Notes under the pieces: generated by a model | The model's database searches: none | What the model was told of the DNA's origin: nothing | Seen by the model: only the letters and a program-made list of their open reading frames with translations | Part shown: positions 27,824 through 36,479 of the stretch, in pieces | Numbering within the stretch: the stretch's first letter is position 1 | How the letters are laid out: each line of letters begins with the position of its first letter | NCBI GenBank assembly: GCA_963778025.1 | Contig: CAVZTA010000016.1 | Location: 132,609 to 196,608 of the forward strand | DNA length: 64,000 bases | Direction: 5' to 3' | Source of the DNA: an uncultured Chloroflexia bacterium | GTDB taxonomy: Bacteria > Chloroflexota > Limnocylindria > Limnocylindrales > CSP1-4 | Translations under genes and position numbers: made by a program

Positions 27824-27837
27824 GCGGGAGTGTAGCA
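27824..27837 (-). promoter_or_regulatory. candidate extended -10 (TGCTACACT + CCCGC discriminator) for rpsB-tsf
   Basis: The minus strand reads gGTGCTACACTCCCGCggg, about 185 nt upstream of ATG 27644. The 11-mer TACACTCCCGC recurs upstream of ffh. Confidence 0.45.
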
Positions 27838-27951
27838 CCTCACCCGGCGCCCTCCGGACGGTCGCGAACCCGGCCGATTCGCGTCACCTCCACGGCCTGG
27901 CGCGTTCCGGTGGGCTTGATTCGGTCGTGCCGAACGGCTGTGCGCCGTGGC

Positions 27952-28344
27952 TCACGGGCGAAGTCCGCGATGGTGCCGGAGCGCGAACCCGCCGAGCCCG
28001 TCCGGCTCGACCGCCACGAGGTCGAACCGCCAACGCAGGTCCGGGAGGGGCGTCCCGTCCGGGAGGCGACCGGCATCGCGAAGCGTCGCGATCGCCCGGC
28101 GGAGGGCTCGGCGCTTCCGCCAGTCGAGCGTCTCCTCGGCCAGCCCGAAGTCCCGCCGCCCGCGTCGCCGCACCTCCACGACGACCACGGCAGACGGCGG
28201 CCCGGGATCGACGGCCACGAGGTCCAGCTCATCGCGGCCCACGCGGACGTTCCTGCCGAGCATCGTCCAGCCGGCCGCGAGCAGCGCGTCGGCGACGAGC
28301 TGCTCCGCCTCATCGCCCAGCCCGCGGTTCGGCGTGGTGGCCAT
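27952..28344 (-). CDS. yraN: YraN-family (UPF0102) endonuclease-like protein
   Basis: From ATG 28344: MATTPNRGLGDEAEQLVADALLAAGWTMLGRNVRVGRDELDLVAVD...VVVEVRRR, the typical UPF0102 pattern. The upstream part of ORF 27952..28512 is Arg-rich and has lower third-position GC. Confidence 0.8.
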   Translation of the reverse strand: MATTPNRGLGDEAEQLVADALLAAGWTMLGRNVRVGRDELDLVAVDPGPPSAVVVVEVRRRGRRDFGLAEETLDWRKRRALRRAIATLRDAGRLPDGTPLPDLRWRFDLVAVEPDGLGGFALRHHRGLRP

Positions 28345-28600
28345 CAGGGCATGGTCGCGCGGGGCACTCGACCGCGACTTATCCGGGTCACCGTCGGCGT
28401 GGATGTGTAGCCGATGCACGTTGCGACGAAGCAGGACCGCTCCGCCCGGGCGTGAAGGGCCGCGATCCGTCGTCTGCCGCATCGGGTGCGTCGTTCGACG
28501 AAGGAGCGGCATCGGAACGCCCGACCGGGTCGCACCCTTCGTCGCAGGCCGGCATCCGATGCATGACGGGCCGCGACGGATCTGCCGGAGACGATGAGCC

Positions 28601-29347
28601 TCAGGCGGTGACCAGCTCCAGCTCGGTGGCGACGAGCGGGTCGAGCCCGTCGGGGATGGGGATGTCCTCGGGGTGGAGGCCGTCGACCCTCGCGAGGCCG
28701 TCGAGGTCCAACGAGAGCTGGTCGCCCGCCATCAACGCCTGGATCGCCTGCCAGCTCGTTCGGTGATGCGGCGTCAGGCCGTGCTCGCGGATCGCGGCGC
28801 GGTGCTCGCGGGTGGCATAGCCCGCATTGCGGTCCCAGCCGTACATCGGATAGCGCGCGTGGAGCCGATCCATCATCCGGTCGCGGACGACCTTGGCCAC
28901 GACGGACGCGCACGCGATCGAGTAGACCTTGTCGTCGCCGTCGACGATGTTCGTGTAGGGACCGACGTGCGCCTCGAACTCGGCGATCCTGTTGCCATCG
29001 ACGAGCACATGATCGTGGCCACCCAGGCGCGCGATGGCGCGGTACATCGCCAGATGCGTCGCGTGGTAGATGTTCAGCTGGTCGATCTCGCGGACGGACG
29101 CGGCACCCACGCCCACCGCCACGGCCCGCCGCCGGATGACCGGTGCGAGCCGTTCCCGCTGGAGCGCGGTCATCATCTTCGAGTCGCGCACACCGGGGAT
29201 CCGCTTGCAGTGCGCCGGCATGATCACGGCCGCCGCGACGACCGCCCCGCACGTCGGTGCCACGCCGACCTCGTCCACACCCACGACCCGTCGCGCACCC
29301 GCCATCCACAGGCGGTGCTCGTAACGGAGACCCGGCATGTGGACCAT
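28601..29347 (-). CDS. rnhB: ribonuclease HII (atypical GRG region, C-terminal extension)
   Basis: VGVDEVG..., RDSKMMT, VLVDGN and SIACASVVAKVVRD blocks. Canonical position after rplS. Confidence 0.85.
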   Translation of the reverse strand: MVHMPGLRYEHRLWMAGARRVVGVDEVGVAPTCGAVVAAAVIMPAHCKRIPGVRDSKMMTALQRERLAPVIRRRAVAVGVGAASVREIDQLNIYHATHLAMYRAIARLGGHDHVLVDGNRIAEFEAHVGPYTNIVDGDDKVYSIACASVVAKVVRDRMMDRLHARYPMYGWDRNAGYATREHRAAIREHGLTPHHRTSWQAIQALMAGDQLSLDLDGLARVDGLHPEDIPIPDGLDPLVATELELVTA

Positions 29348-29388
29348 CGGGAAGACAGCCTAGCGGAGGATGGCCCGGGACACCGAAC

Positions 29389-29410
29389 GACCCCGTCGCG
29401 CGACGGGGTC
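29389..29410 (-). terminator. GC-rich hairpin after rplS
   Basis: GACCCCGTCG-cg-CGACGGGGTC (10-bp stem) about 35 nt after the rplS stop. It has only a weak T tract (GTTCGGTGT). Confidence 0.5.
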
Positions 29411-29445
29411 GTGGAGGTCGTGGGAGCGGCCGAACGCCGGGGCCG

Positions 29446-29793
29446 TCAGGCGCGGCGCTCCTTGAGCGTGGTCGCCGCCTTGCCGACGCGCTTGCGCAGG
29501 AAGTACAGCTTCGCGCGCCGGACCTTCCCGTGACGGATGACCTCGATGCGGTCGATGCGCGGGCTGTGCAGCTTGAACGTCCGCTCGACGCCCACGCCGC
29601 TCGCGATCCGGCGCACCGTGATGGTCGACGCGATGCCCGCGTTCCGCATCCGGAGGACCAGCCCCTCGAACACCTGGATCCGCTCCCGGTTGCCTTCGAC
29701 CACCTTCGCCGCGACCTTGACGGTGTCACCGGGCGTGATCTCGGGCAGGTCGGTACGGAGCTGGTCCTGGACGATCTCCTGGAGCACGTTCAC
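29446..29793 (-). CDS. rplS: 50S ribosomal protein L19
   Basis: From GTG 29793: [27 protein letters not shown]...RRAKLYFLR. Confidence 0.95.
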   Translation of the reverse strand: MNVLQEIVQDQLRTDLPEITPGDTVKVAAKVVEGNRERIQVFEGLVLRMRNAGIASTITVRRIASGVGVERTFKLHSPRIDRIEVIRHGKVRRAKLYFLRKRVGKAATTLKERRA

Positions 29794-29887
29794 GGGACGG
29801 GACCTCTGCGTGGGCGGCAGCCGCGGCTGCGGGACGAGCGACATTCGGGCGGCGCGCACACGCTCGGACGGGCGCAGCCGACGGCGG

Positions 29888-29913
29888 AGGATAGCACGCG
29901 CTCTGGCGCGTGC
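29888..29913 (-). promoter_or_regulatory. hairpin after trmD overlapping candidate extended -10 (TGCTATCCT) for rplS
   Basis: The minus strand reads GCACGCGC-caga-GCGCGTGC, immediately followed by TATCCT. This leaves a leader of about 90 nt before GTG 29793. Confidence 0.35.
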
Positions 29914-29924
29914 GCGCAGGCCGG

Positions 29925-30615
29925 TCAGGACCCGGCGTCAGGTCCGTCGGGTGCCAGCAGATCGGGCCGTCGCTCGCGCGTCCTCGCGACGGACTGCTCG
30001 TGGCGCCACTTCGCGACCTCGGCGTGATGCCCCGACACGAGCACCGGCGGGACGCCCTCGCCGCGGAATTCGGCCGGTCGCGTGTACTGCGGGTACTCCA
30101 GCAGCCCCGAGGCGAACGACTCCTCGTCGGTCGAGGCCGCGTCGATCGCCCCGGGCAGCAGCCGCAGGACCGCGTCGATCACGACGAGCGCCGGCAGCTC
30201 GCCCCCGGTGAGGACGTAATCGCCGACCGACAGCTCGAGATCGACCAGCGGGCGGATCCGCTCGTCGACGCCCTCGTAGCGCGGACACAGGAAGACGAGG
30301 TGGGGCGAGGCGGCCAGCGAGTGCGCCCGAGCCTGCTTGAACGGCTCGCCCGCGGGATCGAGCAGGATGACGAGGGACTCCGGGCGCCGGACCGCCTCGA
30401 TCGCTGCCGCGGCGACATCCGCTCGCAGCACCATCCCGGCGCCGCCACCGTACGGCGTGTCGTCGACGACCCGGTGGCGACCGATCCCCCACTCGCCGCA
30501 GGTCATGGACCCGGACCGCCGCCAGCCCTGACGCCAGGATCCGACCCGGGATGCTCTCGCGCAGCGGCGCCTCGACCATCGCCGGGAACAACGTGATGAC
30601 GTCGATCTCGAGCAT
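29925..30615 (-). CDS. trmD: tRNA (guanine37-N1)-methyltransferase; one frame disruption
   Basis: The N-end ([40 protein letters not shown]) is in ORF 29938..30615. The rest ([22 protein letters not shown]...[12 protein letters not shown]...) is in ORF 29925..30506. Shift at about 30496. Confidence 0.9.
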
Positions 30616-31296
30616 CAGGCCGGCTCATCCGTCGTCGTCGGCGGCTCGGACGGGGACGAAGACGAAGACGACGACGTGGGACCGCTGTCACCGCCCGCCG
30701 CCGGCGCATCCGCGGCCTCCGCCGCGGCTCGCCGAGCCCGCCGTTCCCGGCGCCGCGGCCGTCGAGGCGCTGGGGGCCTGGGGGGTCGGTCGGGATCGGC
30801 ATCGGCCTCCGCGACCTCGTCGAGCGCGAGCGCCTCGGCGTCGACGATCAGCACGCCGCGCGGCGGATCCAGCTCGACGATCACCCCGCGCACGGCCGGG
30901 ATGTCCAGCTCGCCACGGCCGCGACCGACCGTGTACACCTCGGCACCGCCCGTTCGGTAGACGTCGGACACCACGCCCAGCTCGCGCCCGTCGGTCGTGC
31001 GCGCGGTCAATCCGACGATCTCCGACCACAGCCAGGTCCCGGGCGCGCGTGTCGCGCTGTCGGCCGCCTCGAGGTAGACGTCCTTGAGCGTCTCGGCGGC
31101 GTCTCGATCGCCGATCTCGCGGAACCGCAGCCACCAGCCGCGGTCCATCGGCCACGGGCGACGACTCCGCGATCGTCAGCGGGACGACCGAACCCTCCCG
31201 GAACAGCACCGCGCCCACGCCGAAGCGGCCCTCCGGATCATCCGTGAGGATCTCGACGCGCACCTGTCCGCGCAGCCCGCGCAGGCCGCGCACCAA
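30615..31296 (-). CDS. rimM: 16S rRNA processing protein RimM with Arg/Ser-rich tail; one frame disruption
   Basis: The N-end (LVRGLRGLRGQVRVEILTDDPEGRFGVGAVLF...PVADGP) is in ORF 30688..31296. The PRC-barrel part (GWWLRFREIGDRDAAETLKDVYL...) is in ORF 30615..31148. Shift at about 31140. The conserved ERLVVG precedes TTG 31296, so CTG 31365 (CTGA overlap with the KH gene stop) is an alternative start. Confidence 0.85.
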
Positions 31297-31361
31297 CCCG
31301 ACGACCAGGCGCTCGGAGGGATCCGGCGCCCCGGCAGCGCGGGGCCGCGTGGGGCGACGGC

Positions 31362-31595
31362 TCAGAGGATCTCGAGCGTGACCGGCTCGCCGTTCCGGGC
31401 CGAGGTCACCTTGAGCAGGGTCCGGAGCGCCTTGGCGACGCTCCCGTTCCGCCCGATGACCTTGCCCATGTCGCCCTCGGCGACATGCAGCTCGATGACG
31501 GTCCCATCACCCGATTCGACGACCTCGACGGTCACGGAATCGGGATCGTCGACGAGCGACTTCGCGACGTACTCGACCAGCTCCTTGGCGGCCAT
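31362..31595 (-). CDS. KH-domain RNA-binding protein (YlqC/UPF0109)
   Basis: 77 aa with the GKVIGRNGSVAKALRTLL KH motif. Canonical rpsP-KH-rimM position. Confidence 0.9.
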   Translation of the reverse strand: MAAKELVEYVAKSLVDDPDSVTVEVVESGDGTVIELHVAEGDMGKVIGRNGSVAKALRTLLKVTSARNGEPVTLEIL

Positions 31596-31599
31596 CGGA

Positions 31600-31854
31600 C
31601 TACTTGGCCGCGGGCAGCACGCCCGCGCGCCGGAACAGGCGGGCGACGGTGTCCGAGGGCTGGGCGCCCTTGGCGAGCCACTCCTTCGCCTTCGTTTCGT
31701 CGATATTCAGCTCGATCGGCTCGGTCCGGGGGTTGTAGTGACCGATCGTGTCGATCGCCCGGCCATCGCGCGCGGCGCGACTGTCGGCGACGACGACCCG
31801 GTACGTCGGCTGCTTCGTGGCACCGACGCGGGTCAGACGGATCCTGACGGCCAT
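31600..31854 (-). CDS. rpsP: 30S ribosomal protein S16
   Basis: [42 protein letters not shown]. Confidence 0.95.
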   Translation of the reverse strand: MAVRIRLTRVGATKQPTYRVVVADSRAARDGRAIDTIGHYNPRTEPIELNIDETKAKEWLAKGAQPSDTVARLFRRAGVLPAAK

Positions 31855-31893
31855 GTGGGGGTGGGTTCCTCCTGGGCTGGTGGTGGGGGGATG

Positions 31894-33732
31894 CTACTGG
31901 TTCTGCGCTTCGTGGGCGGTGATGGCGAACCGCAGATGGGCGAAGCCGCCATCGAACGTGGCGGACCACGCCGCCGCGTCCAGCGGCTCGAGATACGGCT
32001 GGATGTCGCGCTCGAACCGCGCGCGCTCGTCCGCGGACGCCTTGGGCAGCGCGCGTTCCTCGATCGCCTCGAGGCCGACCGCGAGGTCGGCATAGGCCTG
32101 ACCGCTGTTGCTGGCGCCGATGAGCGCCATCGCGTCCTTGTAGCGGGGCTGGTCGGCGAGGCTGTGGCCGGCGGTCGTGTCGACCACCGACTTCACGAAC
32201 GCCGAGCCGACGCCGATGACGACGGCGCCGTTCTGGACGGTGTACGCGAGGTCGATGGTCTTCGGCAGCTCGGCCAGCTTCTCGGCGGGGATGCCCAGCG
32301 TCGGACCGAGCTGCTGGAGGTCCACCGTGATGGTGGTGATCTGTCCGTCGCCGTACGGCTCGTCCTGCGCGCTGAACGCGGAGCCGCCGCCCAGCGCCAG
32401 GAGCGTCCGCAGCTGCGTGAAGGTCGCCTGCGCGTCCTCGGGCTTGGGCGTCTCGATCACGAGGCCGGCGAAGTACGTCTCGTCCTCCTCGGTCACCACG
32501 ATCGCCGCGTCGCCCATCCAGCCCGTGATCTTCGCGCGGCCGCCCAGGATGCCGAGGGCCGTGTCGACCTGCTTGAGCGTGTCGGCGGTCATCGGGTTCG
32601 CCTGGAGCTGCGTCAGCGCCCGGTCGAGCGAGGTGCCGAAGTCGCGGATCTCGATCTCGCCGATCGTCGATGCCGGCAGCCGCGGCGCGAGCGTCGACGT
32701 CTTGGCGGCCGGCAGGCTGGGCGCGGGCGACGCGCTCGACGACGCGGTCTGGCTCGCCGGGAGCGGCGCGAGCACGTGGAACACGAGGCCCTGGTCCTCG
32801 ATCCGCAGCGCGCCGACGAGCCACGCCGGCACGGTCGAGGCATCGAGGGCGGGCATCCCGGGCATCGTCGGCGCGGTCTTCGCACGCTCGAGGATCCGGC
32901 CGACCCCGGCGCGCGACACGAACACGAGCGCGGACGTGTCGCCACCGAGCTGGGCCCGGGCCGCCTCGAGGTCGGCGTCGTCGGCGAGGCTCGTCGTGCC
33001 GGCCTTGGTGTCGAGCGCGCGTGCGACGTCGTCGACGCCGCCCACGATCAGCTGCCGTCCGTCGACGGCGCATGCGACGCGCTTGCCGTCGAGCTCGACG
33101 ATCGAGATCGCGGTGGACCCGTGCGGTGTCGAATCCACCGCGGGTCCCAGCCGGGACGCGCAGGTGCTGCCCTCATCGACGGTGAGGATCGCGACGAAGC
33201 CGTCGAGCGACTGATGGTCCGAGGCGTCGGCGGCGTCGGGGACATCCGTGACCGCGACCACGATCGGCCCGCCCAGGAACGGCTTGACGCGGTTCGCGTA
33301 GTCGACGTCCTGCTTCGCGACCGCATCGCTGACCCGGTCGAGGACCTCGTCGATCTTCTGCGGCAGCGCGGACTGGTCGGCGAAGCCCGGGAACTTCGAC
33401 AGGAGCCCGGCGAGCTTCTCCTTCTGGTCGCCCGGAAGGTCGGGCCGGACCTCCATCACGAGGGCGGTGTCGGCGGGGAGGTAGCGGAAGGCGTTCGGGT
33501 CCTCGGCGCGACCGGTGAGCAGCATCGTCGCGCCGGCCGTGACGCCCACGACGAGCACGATGGCGATCGCTGCCGCCAGCCACCGGATGGCGCCGCCGCG
33601 ACGAGGGGTCACGACCGGCTGCAGCACGGCCGACTGGCCCGTGGTGGACCCAGCCGCCGCCTCCGCGGGCGCAGGCGGGATGGAGGCGGGGACCCGCTGG
33701 GTCTCCTCGAGGGACGGATCGTGGTCGGTCAT
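31894..33732 (-). CDS. membrane-anchored hypothetical protein (DUF3352-like), function unknown
   Basis: 612 aa with a cytoplasmic N-end, one TM (WLAAAIAIVLVVGVTAGATMLL) and a large extracytoplasmic region with no catalytic motif I recognise. Coding-like composition. The family name is from memory, not searched. Confidence 0.55.
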   Translation of the reverse strand: MTDHDPSLEETQRVPASIPPAPAEAAAGSTTGQSAVLQPVVTPRRGGAIRWLAAAIAIVLVVGVTAGATMLLTGRAEDPNAFRYLPADTALVMEVRPDLPGDQKEKLAGLLSKFPGFADQSALPQKIDEVLDRVSDAVAKQDVDYANRVKPFLGGPIVVAVTDVPDAADASDHQSLDGFVAILTVDEGSTCASRLGPAVDSTPHGSTAISIVELDGKRVACAVDGRQLIVGGVDDVARALDTKAGTTSLADDADLEAARAQLGGDTSALVFVSRAGVGRILERAKTAPTMPGMPALDASTVPAWLVGALRIEDQGLVFHVLAPLPASQTASSSASPAPSLPAAKTSTLAPRLPASTIGEIEIRDFGTSLDRALTQLQANPMTADTLKQVDTALGILGGRAKITGWMGDAAIVVTEEDETYFAGLVIETPKPEDAQATFTQLRTLLALGGGSAFSAQDEPYGDGQITTITVDLQQLGPTLGIPAEKLAELPKTIDLAYTVQNGAVVIGVGSAFVKSVVDTTAGHSLADQPRYKDAMALIGASNSGQAYADLAVGLEAIEERALPKASADERARFERDIQPYLEPLDAAAWSATFDGGFAHLRFAITAHEAQNQ

Positions 33733-33751
33733 CGTCGGGTGTCCCCTGCCG

Positions 33752-35086
33752 TCAGCGGCGGTTGAGCAGCGCCTGCGTGGCGGCGCGTCGTCCGCCCGCC
33801 CCGGAGAACTGCTTCATGAGCTTCTGCATCTCGGAGAACTGCTTCACCAGACGATTGACGTCGGGAAGTGTGGTGCCCGAGCCTGCGGCGATCCGCCGCT
33901 TGCGCGAGCCATTGAGGACCGCCGGGTCGCGCCGTTCGCGGGGCGTCATCGACAGGATGATCGCCTCGACCCGTTTCAGCTCACCGCGGTCGACGGCATC
34001 CTGGGCCTCCTTGGCCATGCCGCCCAGACCCGGGATCATCGACATGACCTGGCCCATCGGGCCCATCTTCTGCATCTGCTGCATCGACGCCAGCATGTCT
34101 TCGAGGGTGAAGCGGCCCTTCTTGAGGCTGTCCTCGAGCTTGGCGGCCTGCTTCGCATCGAAGTTCTCCTGCGCCCGCTCGACCAGCGTGAGCACGTCGC
34201 CCATGCCCAGGATCCGACCGGACAGCCGGTCGGGATAGAACACCTCGAGCGCGTCCGTCTTCTCGCCCGTGCCCAGGAACTTCACGCCGAGCCCGGTGAC
34301 CGCGCCGATGCTGAGGGCGGCGCCACCGCGGGCGTCGCCGTCGATCTTGGTGAGGATCAACCCCGTCAGCGGCACGGTGGCGGCGAACGCCTGCGCGACC
34401 TCCACCGCCTGCTGACCGGTCATCGCGTCCACGACGAGCAGCGTCTCGACCGGCTTCGCGACCTTGGCCACGTCGGCGATCTCGGCCATCAGCGCCTCGT
34501 CGACCGTGAGGCGGCCGGCGGTGTCGAGGATGACGACATCGCGCCCGATCCGCTTCGCATGGGCGATGCCGCCGGTGACGATGTCGATGACCTTCGTGCC
34601 GGCCGGCGCGCGATAGACGGCGACATCCAGCTGCTTGCCGAGGGTCTCGAGCTGGTCGGCGGCGGCGGGGCGGTACGGGTCCGCGGCCACGAGCAGCGGC
34701 TGACGCCCGAGCTTCGTGACGTGCTTCGCGAGCTTGGCCGCGGAGGTGGTCTTGCCCGAGCCCTGCAGGCCGACCAGGGTCACGATCGCGGGCGATCCCT
34801 GGAGCCGGAACGTCCGGTCGCCCTTGGACAGCAGCTCGGTGAGCTCCTCGTGGACGATCTTCACGACCTGCTGACCGGCGGTGAGGCTCGACAGGATCTC
34901 CGCGCCGATCGCGCGCTCGCGCACGCGGGCGATGAAGTCCTTGACGACCTTGAAGTTGACGTCGGCCTCGAGGAGGGCGAGACGGACCTCGCGCATCGCG
35001 GTGTCGACATCGGCCTCGGTCACGCGGCCGCGACCGGTCAGCCCGGCAAGGGTCTGGCGCAGGCGGTCACTGAGGTTGTCGAACAC
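33752..35086 (-). CDS. ffh: signal recognition particle protein Ffh
   Basis: From GTG 35086: VFDNLSDRLRQTL..., GLQGSGKTT, DTAGR, TKIDGDARGG and a Met-rich M-domain (MQQMQKMGPMGQVMSMIPGLGGM). It lies in the same frame as the upstream lipoprotein ORF with no intervening stop. Confidence 0.95.
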   Translation of the reverse strand: MFDNLSDRLRQTLAGLTGRGRVTEADVDTAMREVRLALLEADVNFKVVKDFIARVRERAIGAEILSSLTAGQQVVKIVHEELTELLSKGDRTFRLQGSPAIVTLVGLQGSGKTTSAAKLAKHVTKLGRQPLLVAADPYRPAAADQLETLGKQLDVAVYRAPAGTKVIDIVTGGIAHAKRIGRDVVILDTAGRLTVDEALMAEIADVAKVAKPVETLLVVDAMTGQQAVEVAQAFAATVPLTGLILTKIDGDARGGAALSIGAVTGLGVKFLGTGEKTDALEVFYPDRLSGRILGMGDVLTLVERAQENFDAKQAAKLEDSLKKGRFTLEDMLASMQQMQKMGPMGQVMSMIPGLGGMAKEAQDAVDRGELKRVEAIILSMTPRERRDPAVLNGSRKRRIAAGSGTTLPDVNRLVKQFSEMQKLMKQFSGAGGRRAATQALLNRR

Positions 35087-35161
35087 GGTGGGAGTGGATC
35101 CTCTCGAGCGGCGGCGCGGCGCCGATGGCCGGCCGGGTGGCGCGCGGGTTCTGACGCGCGG

Positions 35162-35172
35162 GCGGGAGTGTA
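35162..35172 (-). promoter_or_regulatory. candidate -10 (TACACT + CCCGC) for ffh
   Basis: The minus strand reads ggggTACACTCCCGCccg, about 80 nt upstream of GTG 35086. It is identical to the 11-mer at the rpsB site. Confidence 0.4.
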
Positions 35173-35217
35173 CCCCGAGGTCCCCGGCCGAGCGAGCAGG
35201 CGAGCCCGCCCGACCCG

Positions 35218-36418
35218 TCAGGGCAGCAGCTGGCGCCGCCGCGGCCGAGACGAGATCCGGCGTCCCGCGCAGGAGATAGATGGCGTCACCGCGGACGCCC
35301 AGGACGTCGTCGCCGTTCTGGAACGTCGTCTTGGCGGCGTCGGTCGCGACCCAGCCCTGTTCCGGCAGTCCGTCGAGGAACGGCCGAAAGTCCTTGGCGG
35401 CGAACCCGGGGGCGCGCAGCGCGTAGATCTCGATCGACGAGCCGTCGCTGGTCGGGGTGCTGAACGCGACGCCGAAGCGGACCTGATCGCCCACGCCGTG
35501 GAGCGCCGGCAGGCCGTCCTGGAGATCGCCGAAGACGGCCCGCCACGAGTCCCAGACGCCGGCGTATTCCAGCTCGGTCGCATCGCCCGTGGTCACGTCC
35601 AGCGCCCGTTCGTCGACCTTGGCCGGGAGGCGCTTCTCGAGATCCGGATCGGGCACGGCCCGGTGCGCGCGGCCCTGCGGCTGGCCGGACAGCCGGAGGC
35701 TCTTGACCGCGGCGTCGATCGTGGCGTCGAACTCACCCTGCCGTGATGCGAGCACGTTGGAGCCCAGCTCCAGCCACTCGCCGGACGGTCCCACGAACGG
35801 GAACCACAGGTGGTGGGTGGTGTCGGCGCCATCGGGTCGGTCGCCCTCGAGCCGCGCGCCCGCAGCGTCCACGATCGCCATGGGCTCGGCCGACTTGATG
35901 ACGACGCCGTCCTCCTCGCCGAACAGCGCCCGGCCCAGCGTCACCGCGTCGAGCCGATCGTCGGCCGGGAGGATGATCCCGATGCGGAGCATCGCCATGG
36001 TCTCGGGGTCGACGGCGACGAGGCCCATGTCGCCGCCCGGCTCGAAGCGGGACGAGGTGTGGATCCAGCGGTCGAGCTCCCGGCCGATGCCCATGTCCGC
36101 GCGGCTCAGGTCGCGCAGCTCGACGGCGCCCAGCTCGAGGACCGGTCGCCACGTCTCGGGCAGGTCGATGCTCAGCCCCAGGTTGGGCATCTCGTGGCGG
36201 CGCATGCCGGCGGCGAGTCCGGACGGCGTGGGCGACGCGGAGACATCGGGCGTCGGCTCGTCGGACGAGGAGGGCGCCGGCGACGCCGACGCCTCGATCG
36301 ACGGGGCGACCGTCGGTGACGGGGTCGCGGCCATCGGCGTGGGCGCCACGGCCGCGGACCCACAGGCGCCGGCGAGGACGACGGCGCCGGCGAGCACGAG
36401 AACCCCCACCGGTCGCAT
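35218..36418 (-). CDS. secreted lipoprotein, function unknown; 3' end inferred
   Basis: Signal peptide plus lipobox (MRPVGVLVLAGAVVLAGACGS), a Pro/Ser/Ala linker, then two globular regions. The in-frame reading runs into ffh. One extra base near 35233-35237 would otherwise give ...AAAQLLP* with TGA at 35218-35220. Confidence 0.55.
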
Positions 36419-36479
36419 GCCCGGACTCTAGCGCCGTCCCGTGATGACCGCGATCGGCAGCCCGGCGCGAGGCGACGCG

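Noticed and set aside
28380-28565. A 59-codon ORF (MHRMPACDEGCDPVGRSDAAP…) in the rnhB-yraN spacer
   Set aside because: Its third-position G+C is far below that of neighbouring genes by my count. It has no RBS and its translated sequence is not protein-like.
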